From an uncultured Pirellulales bacterium (lineage in GTDB: Bacteria; Planctomycetota; Phycisphaerae; Sedimentisphaerales; Anaerobacaceae): 41,399 nt of DNA. Below the pieces are notes generated by a model that was not told where the DNA came from, did not search any database, and was given only the letters and a program-made list of their open reading frames with translations. Shown in pieces: positions 25,181 to 33,049 of the stretch (positions are counted from its first letter, which is position 1; the number at the start of each line of letters is the position of its first letter). Made by a program: the position numbers and the translations under genes. Where the stretch lies: positions 1 through 41,399 of the forward strand of contig CAYZEH010000002.1 in assembly GCA_964477135.1 (NCBI GenBank), given 5' to 3'.

Positions 25181-26314
25181 ATGGCCGCTTTAGTAATACT
25201 TTTGATAGTCGCAGGTTGTGTTGCATTTGAATTCTTAAAAGGGACCTGTGTAAAAGCTTTTGCTAATCTCATTGCCGTTGTATGCTCTGTCGCAACTGCT
25301 TTTGGCTTTTTCGAAGTACTTGGAAATGTTATCATTGCTCGTCTCGATGTTAGAGATAACGCTGCTGTAATTTCATGGGTAATGCCATTATGCTTTTTGA
25401 TTATTGCTGCTTTGGTTTTTGCAATATTTGAAACAATAATCATTCAGATAATGAAAAAGCCTGTTGACTTTGGCGATCTGCCGGAAAAAATCGGAAGATG
25501 CTGCTTCGGTCTGATAACCGGACTCGTCACCGCCGGTGCTGTACTAACCGTAGTCGCCATGATGCCATTACCATCGCAATACCCTTATCCACGTTTTGAC
25601 AAAAACAACCCTGATGTTCAAAATCCTTCTAAAGTATTGCTAAACATTGACGGCTTCACAACAGGTTGGGCTAACATGATGAGCAAAGGGAGTTTCAGCT
25701 CTGGTAAAAGTCTTGCTTTTATGCACGCTAATTTTCTCGACACCGCCTTTATCACAAGGAACACCGACGATGAAATCTTTGATTTCACTTCAGAAAGTGT
25801 ACTTGAAATTCCAAGGAAAAAAGCTGTCTGGTCTGCCCCTGAAAATTTAAAGGACACTGAAGAAAACGACCTTACTGCCAAAACCGGAAACTCTTTTGTA
25901 ATTGTAAGAATGGGAATCAAAAAATCTATTCTGTCCGAAACCAAAAGGTTTACTGCATCACAAGTCAGGCTTATCGGCAAAAGCGATCTTGACAGCACAC
26001 CGGCGCCTCAAGGTAAGGGACGAACATTCTTCCCGGCTGGATATATGGAAAACAGCGAACAGGCAAAAGTTGTCAAACTCTACGAAGCTATAATAATCGA
26101 TGCCGCAAAAATCCCAGGCAAAACCAAGTGGATAGACTTCTTATTTGAGATCCCCAGGGATTACAAACCTGAAATGATTCAGTTCAAACAAAACAATGCC
26201 GCTATGCTGCCTGCCATGACAGCAACTGAACAGGCACCGGAAATAATCAGCTTCAGCGAACCCAAAAAATTAGAAGAAAGCTCAGATACAGAGAATGCGA
26301 CAGCCGAGGAGTAA
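25181..26314 (+). CDS. CvpA-like membrane protein with large C-terminal extramembrane domain
   Basis: The N-terminal four-helix region (MAALVILLIVAGCVAFEFLKGTCVKAFANLIAVVCSVATAFGFF...) resembles CvpA. About 230 further aa have no recognisable domain. The ATG at 25181 is 8 nt after GGAG. Confidence 0.45.
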   Translation: MAALVILLIVAGCVAFEFLKGTCVKAFANLIAVVCSVATAFGFFEVLGNVIIARLDVRDNAAVISWVMPLCFLIIAALVFAIFETIIIQIMKKPVDFGDLPEKIGRCCFGLITGLVTAGAVLTVVAMMPLPSQYPYPRFDKNNPDVQNPSKVLLNIDGFTTGWANMMSKGSFSSGKSLAFMHANFLDTAFITRNTDDEIFDFTSESVLEIPRKKAVWSAPENLKDTEENDLTAKTGNSFVIVRMGIKKSILSETKRFTASQVRLIGKSDLDSTPAPQGKGRTFFPAGYMENSEQAKVVKLYEAIIIDAAKIPGKTKWIDFLFEIPRDYKPEMIQFKQNNAAMLPAMTATEQAPEIISFSEPKKLEESSDTENATAEE

Positions 26315-26465
26315 TCAGTAATTACTCTGTTACTAACTTAATAACACCTGCTCCCTACATTGTTAAAAAACCTGATAATTATTTCATTGCCTGACTTCAT
26401 TAAGTAAAAATGTTCATTTTTGTCATAATCTGACCTCTAATTTCAATTAATTCCAGCTTCGACGC

Positions 26466-26493
26466 TTGTCTTTTGTTCTTTTTTGTGTAGAAT
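26466..26493 (+). promoter_or_regulatory. Candidate promoter for acs
   Basis: TTGTCT (26466-26471), 16 nt spacer, TAGAAT (26488-26493). It would give a leader of about 110 nt. Confidence 0.3.
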
Positions 26494-26611
26494 GAAGCGT
26501 CCTATTAGTTTTAGTGTGACAGCCTATGAGGTTTTATATAAAATACTAACCTGTAATATGTACAGGAACTCTAATAATGATAAAATGTATTTACACACAA
26601 AGGAAAGCTTT

Positions 26612-28594
26612 ATGAAAAAGGAAACTACAGACAAAACTATGGATTCTCTCATGAATGAGAATCGAAAATTCCCACCACCTGCCAAGCTGCAAGCTTCTGC
26701 TCACATTTCAAGCCAAGAGCAATATAAACAAATGTGGCAGAAATCTATAGACGATCCGGATGGGTTCTGGCTCGAACAGGCCAAAACTCTAAGTTGGTTT
26801 AAAGAACCTACAAAAAGCCTTGAATACGACTGGGACACAAAAGCTAAAAAAATCGAACACACCTGGTTTGCCGACGGCGAGCTGAATGTCTCTTACAACT
26901 GTCTCGACAGACATCTTGGCACACCTGTCGCAAAAAAAACAGCTCTTATCTGGCAGGGTGAAGAAGAAGACAACGTAAAAAAATACACCTATGAGCAACT
27001 GCACAAAGAAGTCTGCAAATTTGCGAATATACTAAAATCGAAAGGTATCAAAAAAGGCGACAGAATAGCTATATATATGCCGATGGTGCCTGAACTGTCT
27101 ATCGTAATGCTTGCCTGCACACGTATAGGTGCTATACATTCTATAATCTTCGGCGGATTCAGCTCTGATGCCATCCTCGGAAGAGTAAATGACTCTGACT
27201 GCAAAATGCTCATCACCGCTAACGTCTCACTCAGAGCAGGCAAACACATCAGACTAAAAGACATCTCTGACGTTGCTCTGGAAGGTACACCAACTATTGA
27301 AAGCGTAATCGTTGTCAAAGTTAACGATGAACCATGCGATATGAAACAAGACAGGGACACCTGGTACCACGACGAAATGGAAAACGCCAGCGAAGATTGC
27401 CCAGCTGAGCACATGAACGCAGAAGACCCGCTGTTCATACTTTACACCTCAGGCTCAACAGGCAAACCCAAAGGCGTCGTCCACACTACAGGCGGATACC
27501 TCCTGCATACATCACTAACCCATAAACTCATCTTCAACATCCACGATGATGATGTTTACTGGTGCACCGCCGATATCGGTTGGGTTACGGGCCACAGCTA
27601 TATAGTCTATGGACCATTAGCAAACGGCGCAACTTCTGTGATGTTTGAAGGCGTACCGACATATCCCGATGCCGGTAGATTCTGGCAGATATGCGACAAA
27701 TTCGGCATTACTGTATTCTACACCGCTCCAACTGCTATTCGCGCATTGATGAGATACGGCGATGAATGGCCCGCAAAATATAAACTCGACTCTTTAAGAA
27801 TTCTCGGAAGTGTTGGCGAACCAATAAATCCGGAAGCATGGATGTGGTACTATAATAAGATCGGTCATGGCAAATGTCCGATTGTCGATACATGGTGGCA
27901 AACCGAAACAGGTGGTTTTATGATTACACCAATGCCCGGTGCTCACACTCTAAAACCAGGCAGTGCATCCAGACCTTTCTTCGGCGTAGATACTGCCGTA
28001 CTAAGGGACGACGGATCACAGTGCGATGTTAATGAAGGTGGAAAACTTGTCATTCGTAAGCCTTGGCCTGGAATGATGAGAACCATGTGGGGCGACCACG
28101 ACCGCTTCATCGAAACTTACTTCACAATGTATGATGACATATATTTTGCTGGTGACGGCTGTCGAATCGATGAAGACGGCGACTACTGGCTGATGGGAAG
28201 GATCGACGATGTGGTAAATGTTTCAGGTCACAGGATAGGAACAGCAGAAGTCGAAAGCGCATTGGTAAGCCATCCAAAAGTAGCTGAAGCTGCGGTAACG
28301 CCCGTTCCACACGAAATCAAAGGCCAAGGCCTATATGCTTTCGTTACTCTTATTAATGGCATAGAAGAAAGCGATGAACTAAAGAAGGAACTAATCATGC
28401 ACGTCAGGAAAGAGATAGGCCCTATTGCAGCACCAGAAGCTGTTCAATTCGCCCCATCTCTGCCGAAAACCCGTTCCGGTAAGATCATGAGACGAATCCT
28501 CAGAAAGATCGCAGAAAAAAATACTGACAACCTCGGTGATATTTCTACTCTTGCTGATCCTTCAGTAGTTGAAAAACTTATCGCAGCAAGATAA
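26612..28594 (+). CDS. acs: Acetyl-CoA synthetase (AMP-forming)
   Basis: AMP-binding signature YTSGSTGKPKG, WWQTETGG, and C-terminal PKTRSGKIMRR holding the conserved acetylatable Lys (aag 28481-28483). The start is set at ATG 26612 (SD AAAGGAAAG), not the tracked 26483. Confidence 0.93.
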   Translation: MKKETTDKTMDSLMNENRKFPPPAKLQASAHISSQEQYKQMWQKSIDDPDGFWLEQAKTLSWFKEPTKSLEYDWDTKAKKIEHTWFADGELNVSYNCLDRHLGTPVAKKTALIWQGEEEDNVKKYTYEQLHKEVCKFANILKSKGIKKGDRIAIYMPMVPELSIVMLACTRIGAIHSIIFGGFSSDAILGRVNDSDCKMLITANVSLRAGKHIRLKDISDVALEGTPTIESVIVVKVNDEPCDMKQDRDTWYHDEMENASEDCPAEHMNAEDPLFILYTSGSTGKPKGVVHTTGGYLLHTSLTHKLIFNIHDDDVYWCTADIGWVTGHSYIVYGPLANGATSVMFEGVPTYPDAGRFWQICDKFGITVFYTAPTAIRALMRYGDEWPAKYKLDSLRILGSVGEPINPEAWMWYYNKIGHGKCPIVDTWWQTETGGFMITPMPGAHTLKPGSASRPFFGVDTAVLRDDGSQCDVNEGGKLVIRKPWPGMMRTMWGDHDRFIETYFTMYDDIYFAGDGCRIDEDGDYWLMGRIDDVVNVSGHRIGTAEVESALVSHPKVAEAAVTPVPHEIKGQGLYAFVTLINGIEESDELKKELIMHVRKEIGPIAAPEAVQFAPSLPKTRSGKIMRRILRKIAEKNTDNLGDISTLADPSVVEKLIAAR

Positions 28595-28612
28595 TAAAAA
28601 TATATTTGAACA

Positions 28613-28655
28613 TTATATGCCGGGCGTGTATAAGCCATATACGTCCGGCATATAA
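28613..28655 (+). promoter_or_regulatory. Long intercistronic hairpin / palindrome between acs and the MFS gene
   Basis: TTATATGCCGGGCGTGTATA - AGCC - ATATACGTCCGGCATATAA. There are 11 perfect outer bp plus about 6 inner bp with one G-T pair and one bulge. No T-tract follows. It ends 17 nt before the ATG at 28673. Confidence 0.5.
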
Positions 28656-28672
28656 ATTTGAAAGGAACTCTC

Positions 28673-29929
28673 ATGGCCGAAGAAAAAGTTATGAATCGCT
28701 GGTTTGTTGTCGTTGGGGCACTTATAATTCAGCTTTGCCTCGGTGCAATATATGCCTGGGGTGCATTTACCGGAGCTCTCCAGGACCCCGAAGGACTGTT
28801 TAAATATTCCGGAGTACAAACATCATGGATATTCTCAGCAGGACTGGCATCTTTCGCCATCGTAATGATCTTGGCTGGAAGACTTCAGGATAAATACGGG
28901 CCAAGGATTATTGCTATCATAGGCGGTTTAATACTTGGAGCAGGTTATATAATTGCAGGCTTTACCGGGACATCTTTTCCTTTAATGTTAATATTCATTG
29001 GAATTGTCGGAGGCGCAGGTATAGGTATGGGATACGTTTGTCCGATTGCTGCTTGTGTAAAATGGTTCCCTGACCTCAAAGGTCTGATTACAGGATTGGC
29101 AGTTGCAGGCTTTGGAGCGGGTGCTTTTATTTTCGTAAAACTGGCAGGCTCATGGATGAATCTAATCGCGAATCATGGTATCAATGGAACCTTTTTGATA
29201 TTCGGAATTATCTTTGCTGTCTTTGTTGTATTAGGTTCGCTTTTGCTTTCTAATCCGCCCACAGGATGGAAACCTGCTGGTTGGCAGCCCCCGTTAGCAG
29301 CAGATGGAAACAAAAAAGCCGAAGTCAAAAACCTTACACAAGGAGAAACTGTTAAAACTGTTCAGTTCTGGATGATCTGGCTTTCATTTGTTTTCAGCGC
29401 AGGTTGCGGATTAATGGTAATCAAGTGCCTTAAAAATTTCGGTGTTTTGCAAGGCGGACTAACACCCGCAGCAGCAGGCTCGGCATTAGGACTTCTGGCA
29501 TTATTTAATGGACTGGGGCGTGTAGTCTGGGGGGCTCTTTCACATAAACTAACTGCCAAATTTTCTGTTGTTCTTATGTGCATCACCCAGGCATTGATGA
29601 TGTTCGTACTCGTAAAAATGGGCGATAATACATCTACACTTTCAGTTGCTGCCTGTTGGTTAGGTTTTAACTTCGGAGGCAACTTCGCATTATTCCCACT
29701 TTTGACTTTAGAAAACTTCGGAGCGAAAAACCTCGGCGCAAATTATGGTGCCGTTTTCACTGCCTATGGCGTAGGCGGGATATTAGGCCCTGTAATGGCT
29801 GGAAAAGTCTGGGACACTATGGGCAAATTCGATACTGCTTTTGTAGTCGCAGCCATAGCATGTGTGGCAGCTGCTGCCTTAGCTATCGCACTTAGGCATA
29901 TCAAAGCAGAAGCTGAACCAGCAGAATAA
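28673..29929 (+). CDS. MFS transporter, OFA (oxalate/formate antiporter-like, monocarboxylate) family
   Basis: 12-TM MFS. The N-terminus NRWFVVVGALIIQLCLGAIYAWGAF is typical of OFA/L-lactate-type MFS proteins. ATG at 28673 with SD AAAGGAA. Confidence 0.8.
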   Translation: MAEEKVMNRWFVVVGALIIQLCLGAIYAWGAFTGALQDPEGLFKYSGVQTSWIFSAGLASFAIVMILAGRLQDKYGPRIIAIIGGLILGAGYIIAGFTGTSFPLMLIFIGIVGGAGIGMGYVCPIAACVKWFPDLKGLITGLAVAGFGAGAFIFVKLAGSWMNLIANHGINGTFLIFGIIFAVFVVLGSLLLSNPPTGWKPAGWQPPLAADGNKKAEVKNLTQGETVKTVQFWMIWLSFVFSAGCGLMVIKCLKNFGVLQGGLTPAAAGSALGLLALFNGLGRVVWGALSHKLTAKFSVVLMCITQALMMFVLVKMGDNTSTLSVAACWLGFNFGGNFALFPLLTLENFGAKNLGANYGAVFTAYGVGGILGPVMAGKVWDTMGKFDTAFVVAAIACVAAAALAIALRHIKAEAEPAE

Positions 29930-29952
29930 GAAAAATAAACATGACCAATAAA

Positions 29953-29982
29953 GGCCCGGATGTTGAATTCGGGTCTTTTTTT
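29953..29982 (+). terminator. Rho-independent terminator after the MFS gene
   Basis: GGCCCGGA (29953-29960) pairs with TTCGGGTC (29968-29975): 8 bp including two G-U pairs, with a 7 nt loop. It is followed by TTTTTTT (29976-29982). Confidence 0.7.
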
Positions 29983-30010
29983 ATTAGTGAACACGAAAAA
30001 TTAAATTGCT

Positions 30011-31147
30011 CTAAATTCCGTGCAGTTTGAAAATGTTTTTCCTGATCGCTTCTATCGTACTGTCTATCTTGGTCGGCACAGAATTTTTTTGTTCCCCGCT
30101 GATAACCAATTCTCTATCTCTAAGTCCACCCTGCCAGTCGGTGCTTTCCATCATAACCCCACCCATACCGATATTCATATCACTGCCATCATCCTGACCG
30201 CTCAACACCGTCCATGCAAAGGCCCACGCCCGAACAGTATTTTCGATATTATATCCGCCACCGCCCGTAGCAAGGATCGGCTTATTATATTTAAGTAGTA
30301 TATTAATAATATCCGCATAAGTATTATTCGTTAAATAAAGACGCGCAAGAGGATCGCCCGCTAAAGTATCCGCCCCCAACTCAAAAACTATCACATCAGG
30401 CTCATAAAATTCTATCAACGGGACAACAACGGTTTTAAAAACCCTCATATACTCCTGGTCATATGTCCCCACCGGCAAAGGCACATTAACACTATAGCCC
30501 TTTCCACTGCCGCTACCGATTTCATCCTCAAAACCGGTTCCCGGAAACAACGTTTTGCCGCTCTCGTGGAAAGAAACTGTCATCACATCATCTCTGTAAT
30601 AGAAGAAGTCCTGCACCCCGTCACCATGATGAACGTCAACATCAAGATACAACACCCTTTTGCCCGCTTTGGTAAGCAATTCACAACCGATACCAACATC
30701 ATTGAGATAACAAAATCCGCTTGACCTTTCCTGGTGTGCATGGTGCAGACCGCCGGCAGGATTAAACACCACATCAGCCTGACCTTGGATTATCATCTCC
30801 GCGCCTTTAACCGTCGCCCCGCAAGCTATCGCAGAATTTTCATACATCCCCTTAAACACCGGGCAATCCGAAGTCCCAAGCCCCATATGCAATGCCTCAA
30901 TATCGAAAGCCCCCTCGCTGGTTTTTTTCAAAACATCAATATATTTCCTCGTATGAAATATTTCCAGAATCTGCTCATTCGCCTGCTCCTGACAGACATC
31001 AACCCTGCTGCCGCCGGCAAGCATCCCCATAGACTTAAGCACTTTCCTGGTTTTGCCTGCCCTGCTGGTATTAAAAGGGCAACTCTCAGGATAAGGATAC
31101 TTCTCAAACTGCTCAGAATATATAAAAGCAGATTTCCTACTCACCAA
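30011..31147 (-). CDS. acuC: Histone-deacetylase-family protein deacetylase (AcuC / acetoin utilization type)
   Basis: GGLHHAHQERSSGFCYLND and DVDVHHGDGVQ zinc/active-site motifs. 378 aa. TTG start at 31147 (alternative GTG at 31144). Confidence 0.85.
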   Translation of the reverse strand: MVSRKSAFIYSEQFEKYPYPESCPFNTSRAGKTRKVLKSMGMLAGGSRVDVCQEQANEQILEIFHTRKYIDVLKKTSEGAFDIEALHMGLGTSDCPVFKGMYENSAIACGATVKGAEMIIQGQADVVFNPAGGLHHAHQERSSGFCYLNDVGIGCELLTKAGKRVLYLDVDVHHGDGVQDFFYYRDDVMTVSFHESGKTLFPGTGFEDEIGSGSGKGYSVNVPLPVGTYDQEYMRVFKTVVVPLIEFYEPDVIVFELGADTLAGDPLARLYLTNNTYADIINILLKYNKPILATGGGGYNIENTVRAWAFAWTVLSGQDDGSDMNIGMGGVMMESTDWQGGLRDRELVISGEQKNSVPTKIDSTIEAIRKNIFKLHGI

Positions 31148-31162
31148 ACATTTCTCTCTTAA

Positions 31163-33034
31163 TTACTTCTTTTTAAAATTCAAATCATATCGAATACTAT
31201 AAACATCCCCGTCAAATTCAGTATTAACCTGATATCCGGAGTTGTGGAAGACCGCAAGCATTGATTTATTTTCAGGCAGAATCTTAGCATAAAATTGTTT
31301 CACACCTCTTGACCTGGCGATTTCTGTCAGGTAGTCCAAAAGCAATGTCCCCATCCCCTTCTGCTGCCATTCATCCTGCACAATAAAAGCCACCTCCGCT
31401 GCCATGGTCTTCTGATCCAGAAAATATTGCGCTATAGCGACAATATCTTCTTCTGGCACACCCGGCATAACTCCAACTATCGAAAGTTCATTGCTGTAAT
31501 CAATATTAGTCAACTGCTGAACATCTTTATGTGGAAAACGCATAGTGTGCGTCATATATCGCGTCTTAACCGTCGACTGGCTCAATGAATAAAGCATATG
31601 TGACAAAGACTTCTCATCAGTGGGCTTTATAGGTCTGAAAAATATCTCCGTTCCGTCCCGCAGCGTATCATACCTCTCAAGCTCTAAAGGATAACGAATC
31701 TTCTCACTATCAAGCTCGATCTGATCTTCATAAATATAATTCTGCTTCTTCGCAGCCTTTAAAAGCTCAGTTCTGAATTTAGGATGAGCAATATTAATCA
31801 AAGCCAGAGTTCTTTCCCTTATAGTTTTTCCATGCAGATAAGCAACGCCGTATTCAGTAACAACATAATGAACATCACCTCTTGTCGTCACCACACCTGC
31901 GCCCTCTGTAAGGTGAGGCACAATTCTTGAAACAGCCCCATCCTTAGCTGTCGAAGGCATCGTTATGATTGGTTTGCCTCCCCTGCTTTTTGCCGAGCCT
32001 CGAATGAAATCTATCTGACCTCCGATGCCGCTGTAAAACTGATATCCCAGCGAATCAGCACAAACCTGCCCCGTCAGATCGACCTCCAGCCCAACATTAA
32101 TACCAACCACTTTTTCATTTTGTGCAATTATATATGAATCGTTAACATACTCCGTCGGATAAAACTCAAAGAACGGATTGTTATCGATATAATCATAAAG
32201 TCTTTTACTGCCCATACAAAAACTTGCGACTATTTTACCGTGATTAATCGTTTTCTTTGAGCAGGTTATCGCACCACATTCGATCAAATCGATTATCCAG
32301 TCACCGAACATCTCTGTATGTATACCGAGGTCTTTCTTATCTTTAAGAAACTCCGCCAGCGCCTGTGGGATCCTCCCGATACCGCATTCAATAGTGCTGC
32401 CGTCCTCCACAAGTCTGGAAATATTTCTCCCTATCGCCCGAAGTACATCATCAGGCTCTTCCATCGTCATTTCGATTATATCTTCATCGAAAGGTACAAG
32501 CATATCAATATCGTTAATATGCACAAAGCTATCACCAAATGTTTTCGGCATACAATTATTAACCTGTGCAACCACATACCTGGAATTTGCAACTGCCGAT
32601 TTGACAATATCAACTGAAACTCCCAAACTGCAAAGCCCCCCGGCATCGGGCGGCGAAACGCTGATCAAAGCAACATCTATCGGTATCTTACCGTTCTCAA
32701 ATTGTTTTGGTATCTCCGACAAAAATATCGGCGTATAATCACCGACCCCACGGTTCAAAGCTCCGCGAACATTGTCAGCTATAAAAAAGCTATTCATCTT
32801 AAATTTATCACGATACTTCTCATCTACATAAGGAGCCTCACCTATTGTAAGCAGATGAACGATCCTCACATCATATATATCATCCGAATACTTCACAAGG
32901 CTCCGAACCAAATGCTGAGGCTGACCAACTCCTGTTCCGATAAATACCGTATTGCCCGGTCTGATCAGCTTTATTGCCTGACGGCCATCGCCGACAAGAT
33001 CGCTGTATTTTTCTTTCCAGTCAAATCTTTCCAT
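31163..33034 (-). CDS. Fusion protein: acetyl-CoA hydrolase/CoA-transferase family domain + C-terminal GNAT acetyltransferase domain
   Basis: The N-terminal ~440 aa carry the GIGGQIDF signature of the acetyl-CoA hydrolase / 4-hydroxybutyrate CoA-transferase family. The C-terminal ~170 aa carry the GNAT acetyl-CoA site QQKGMGTLLL (Q/RxxGxG/A). Confidence 0.8.
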   Translation of the reverse strand: MERFDWKEKYSDLVGDGRQAIKLIRPGNTVFIGTGVGQPQHLVRSLVKYSDDIYDVRIVHLLTIGEAPYVDEKYRDKFKMNSFFIADNVRGALNRGVGDYTPIFLSEIPKQFENGKIPIDVALISVSPPDAGGLCSLGVSVDIVKSAVANSRYVVAQVNNCMPKTFGDSFVHINDIDMLVPFDEDIIEMTMEEPDDVLRAIGRNISRLVEDGSTIECGIGRIPQALAEFLKDKKDLGIHTEMFGDWIIDLIECGAITCSKKTINHGKIVASFCMGSKRLYDYIDNNPFFEFYPTEYVNDSYIIAQNEKVVGINVGLEVDLTGQVCADSLGYQFYSGIGGQIDFIRGSAKSRGGKPIITMPSTAKDGAVSRIVPHLTEGAGVVTTRGDVHYVVTEYGVAYLHGKTIRERTLALINIAHPKFRTELLKAAKKQNYIYEDQIELDSEKIRYPLELERYDTLRDGTEIFFRPIKPTDEKSLSHMLYSLSQSTVKTRYMTHTMRFPHKDVQQLTNIDYSNELSIVGVMPGVPEEDIVAIAQYFLDQKTMAAEVAFIVQDEWQQKGMGTLLLDYLTEIARSRGVKQFYAKILPENKSMLAVFHNSGYQVNTEFDGDVYSIRYDLNFKKK

Positions 33035-33049
33035 TGGGCACCTGCCTTT

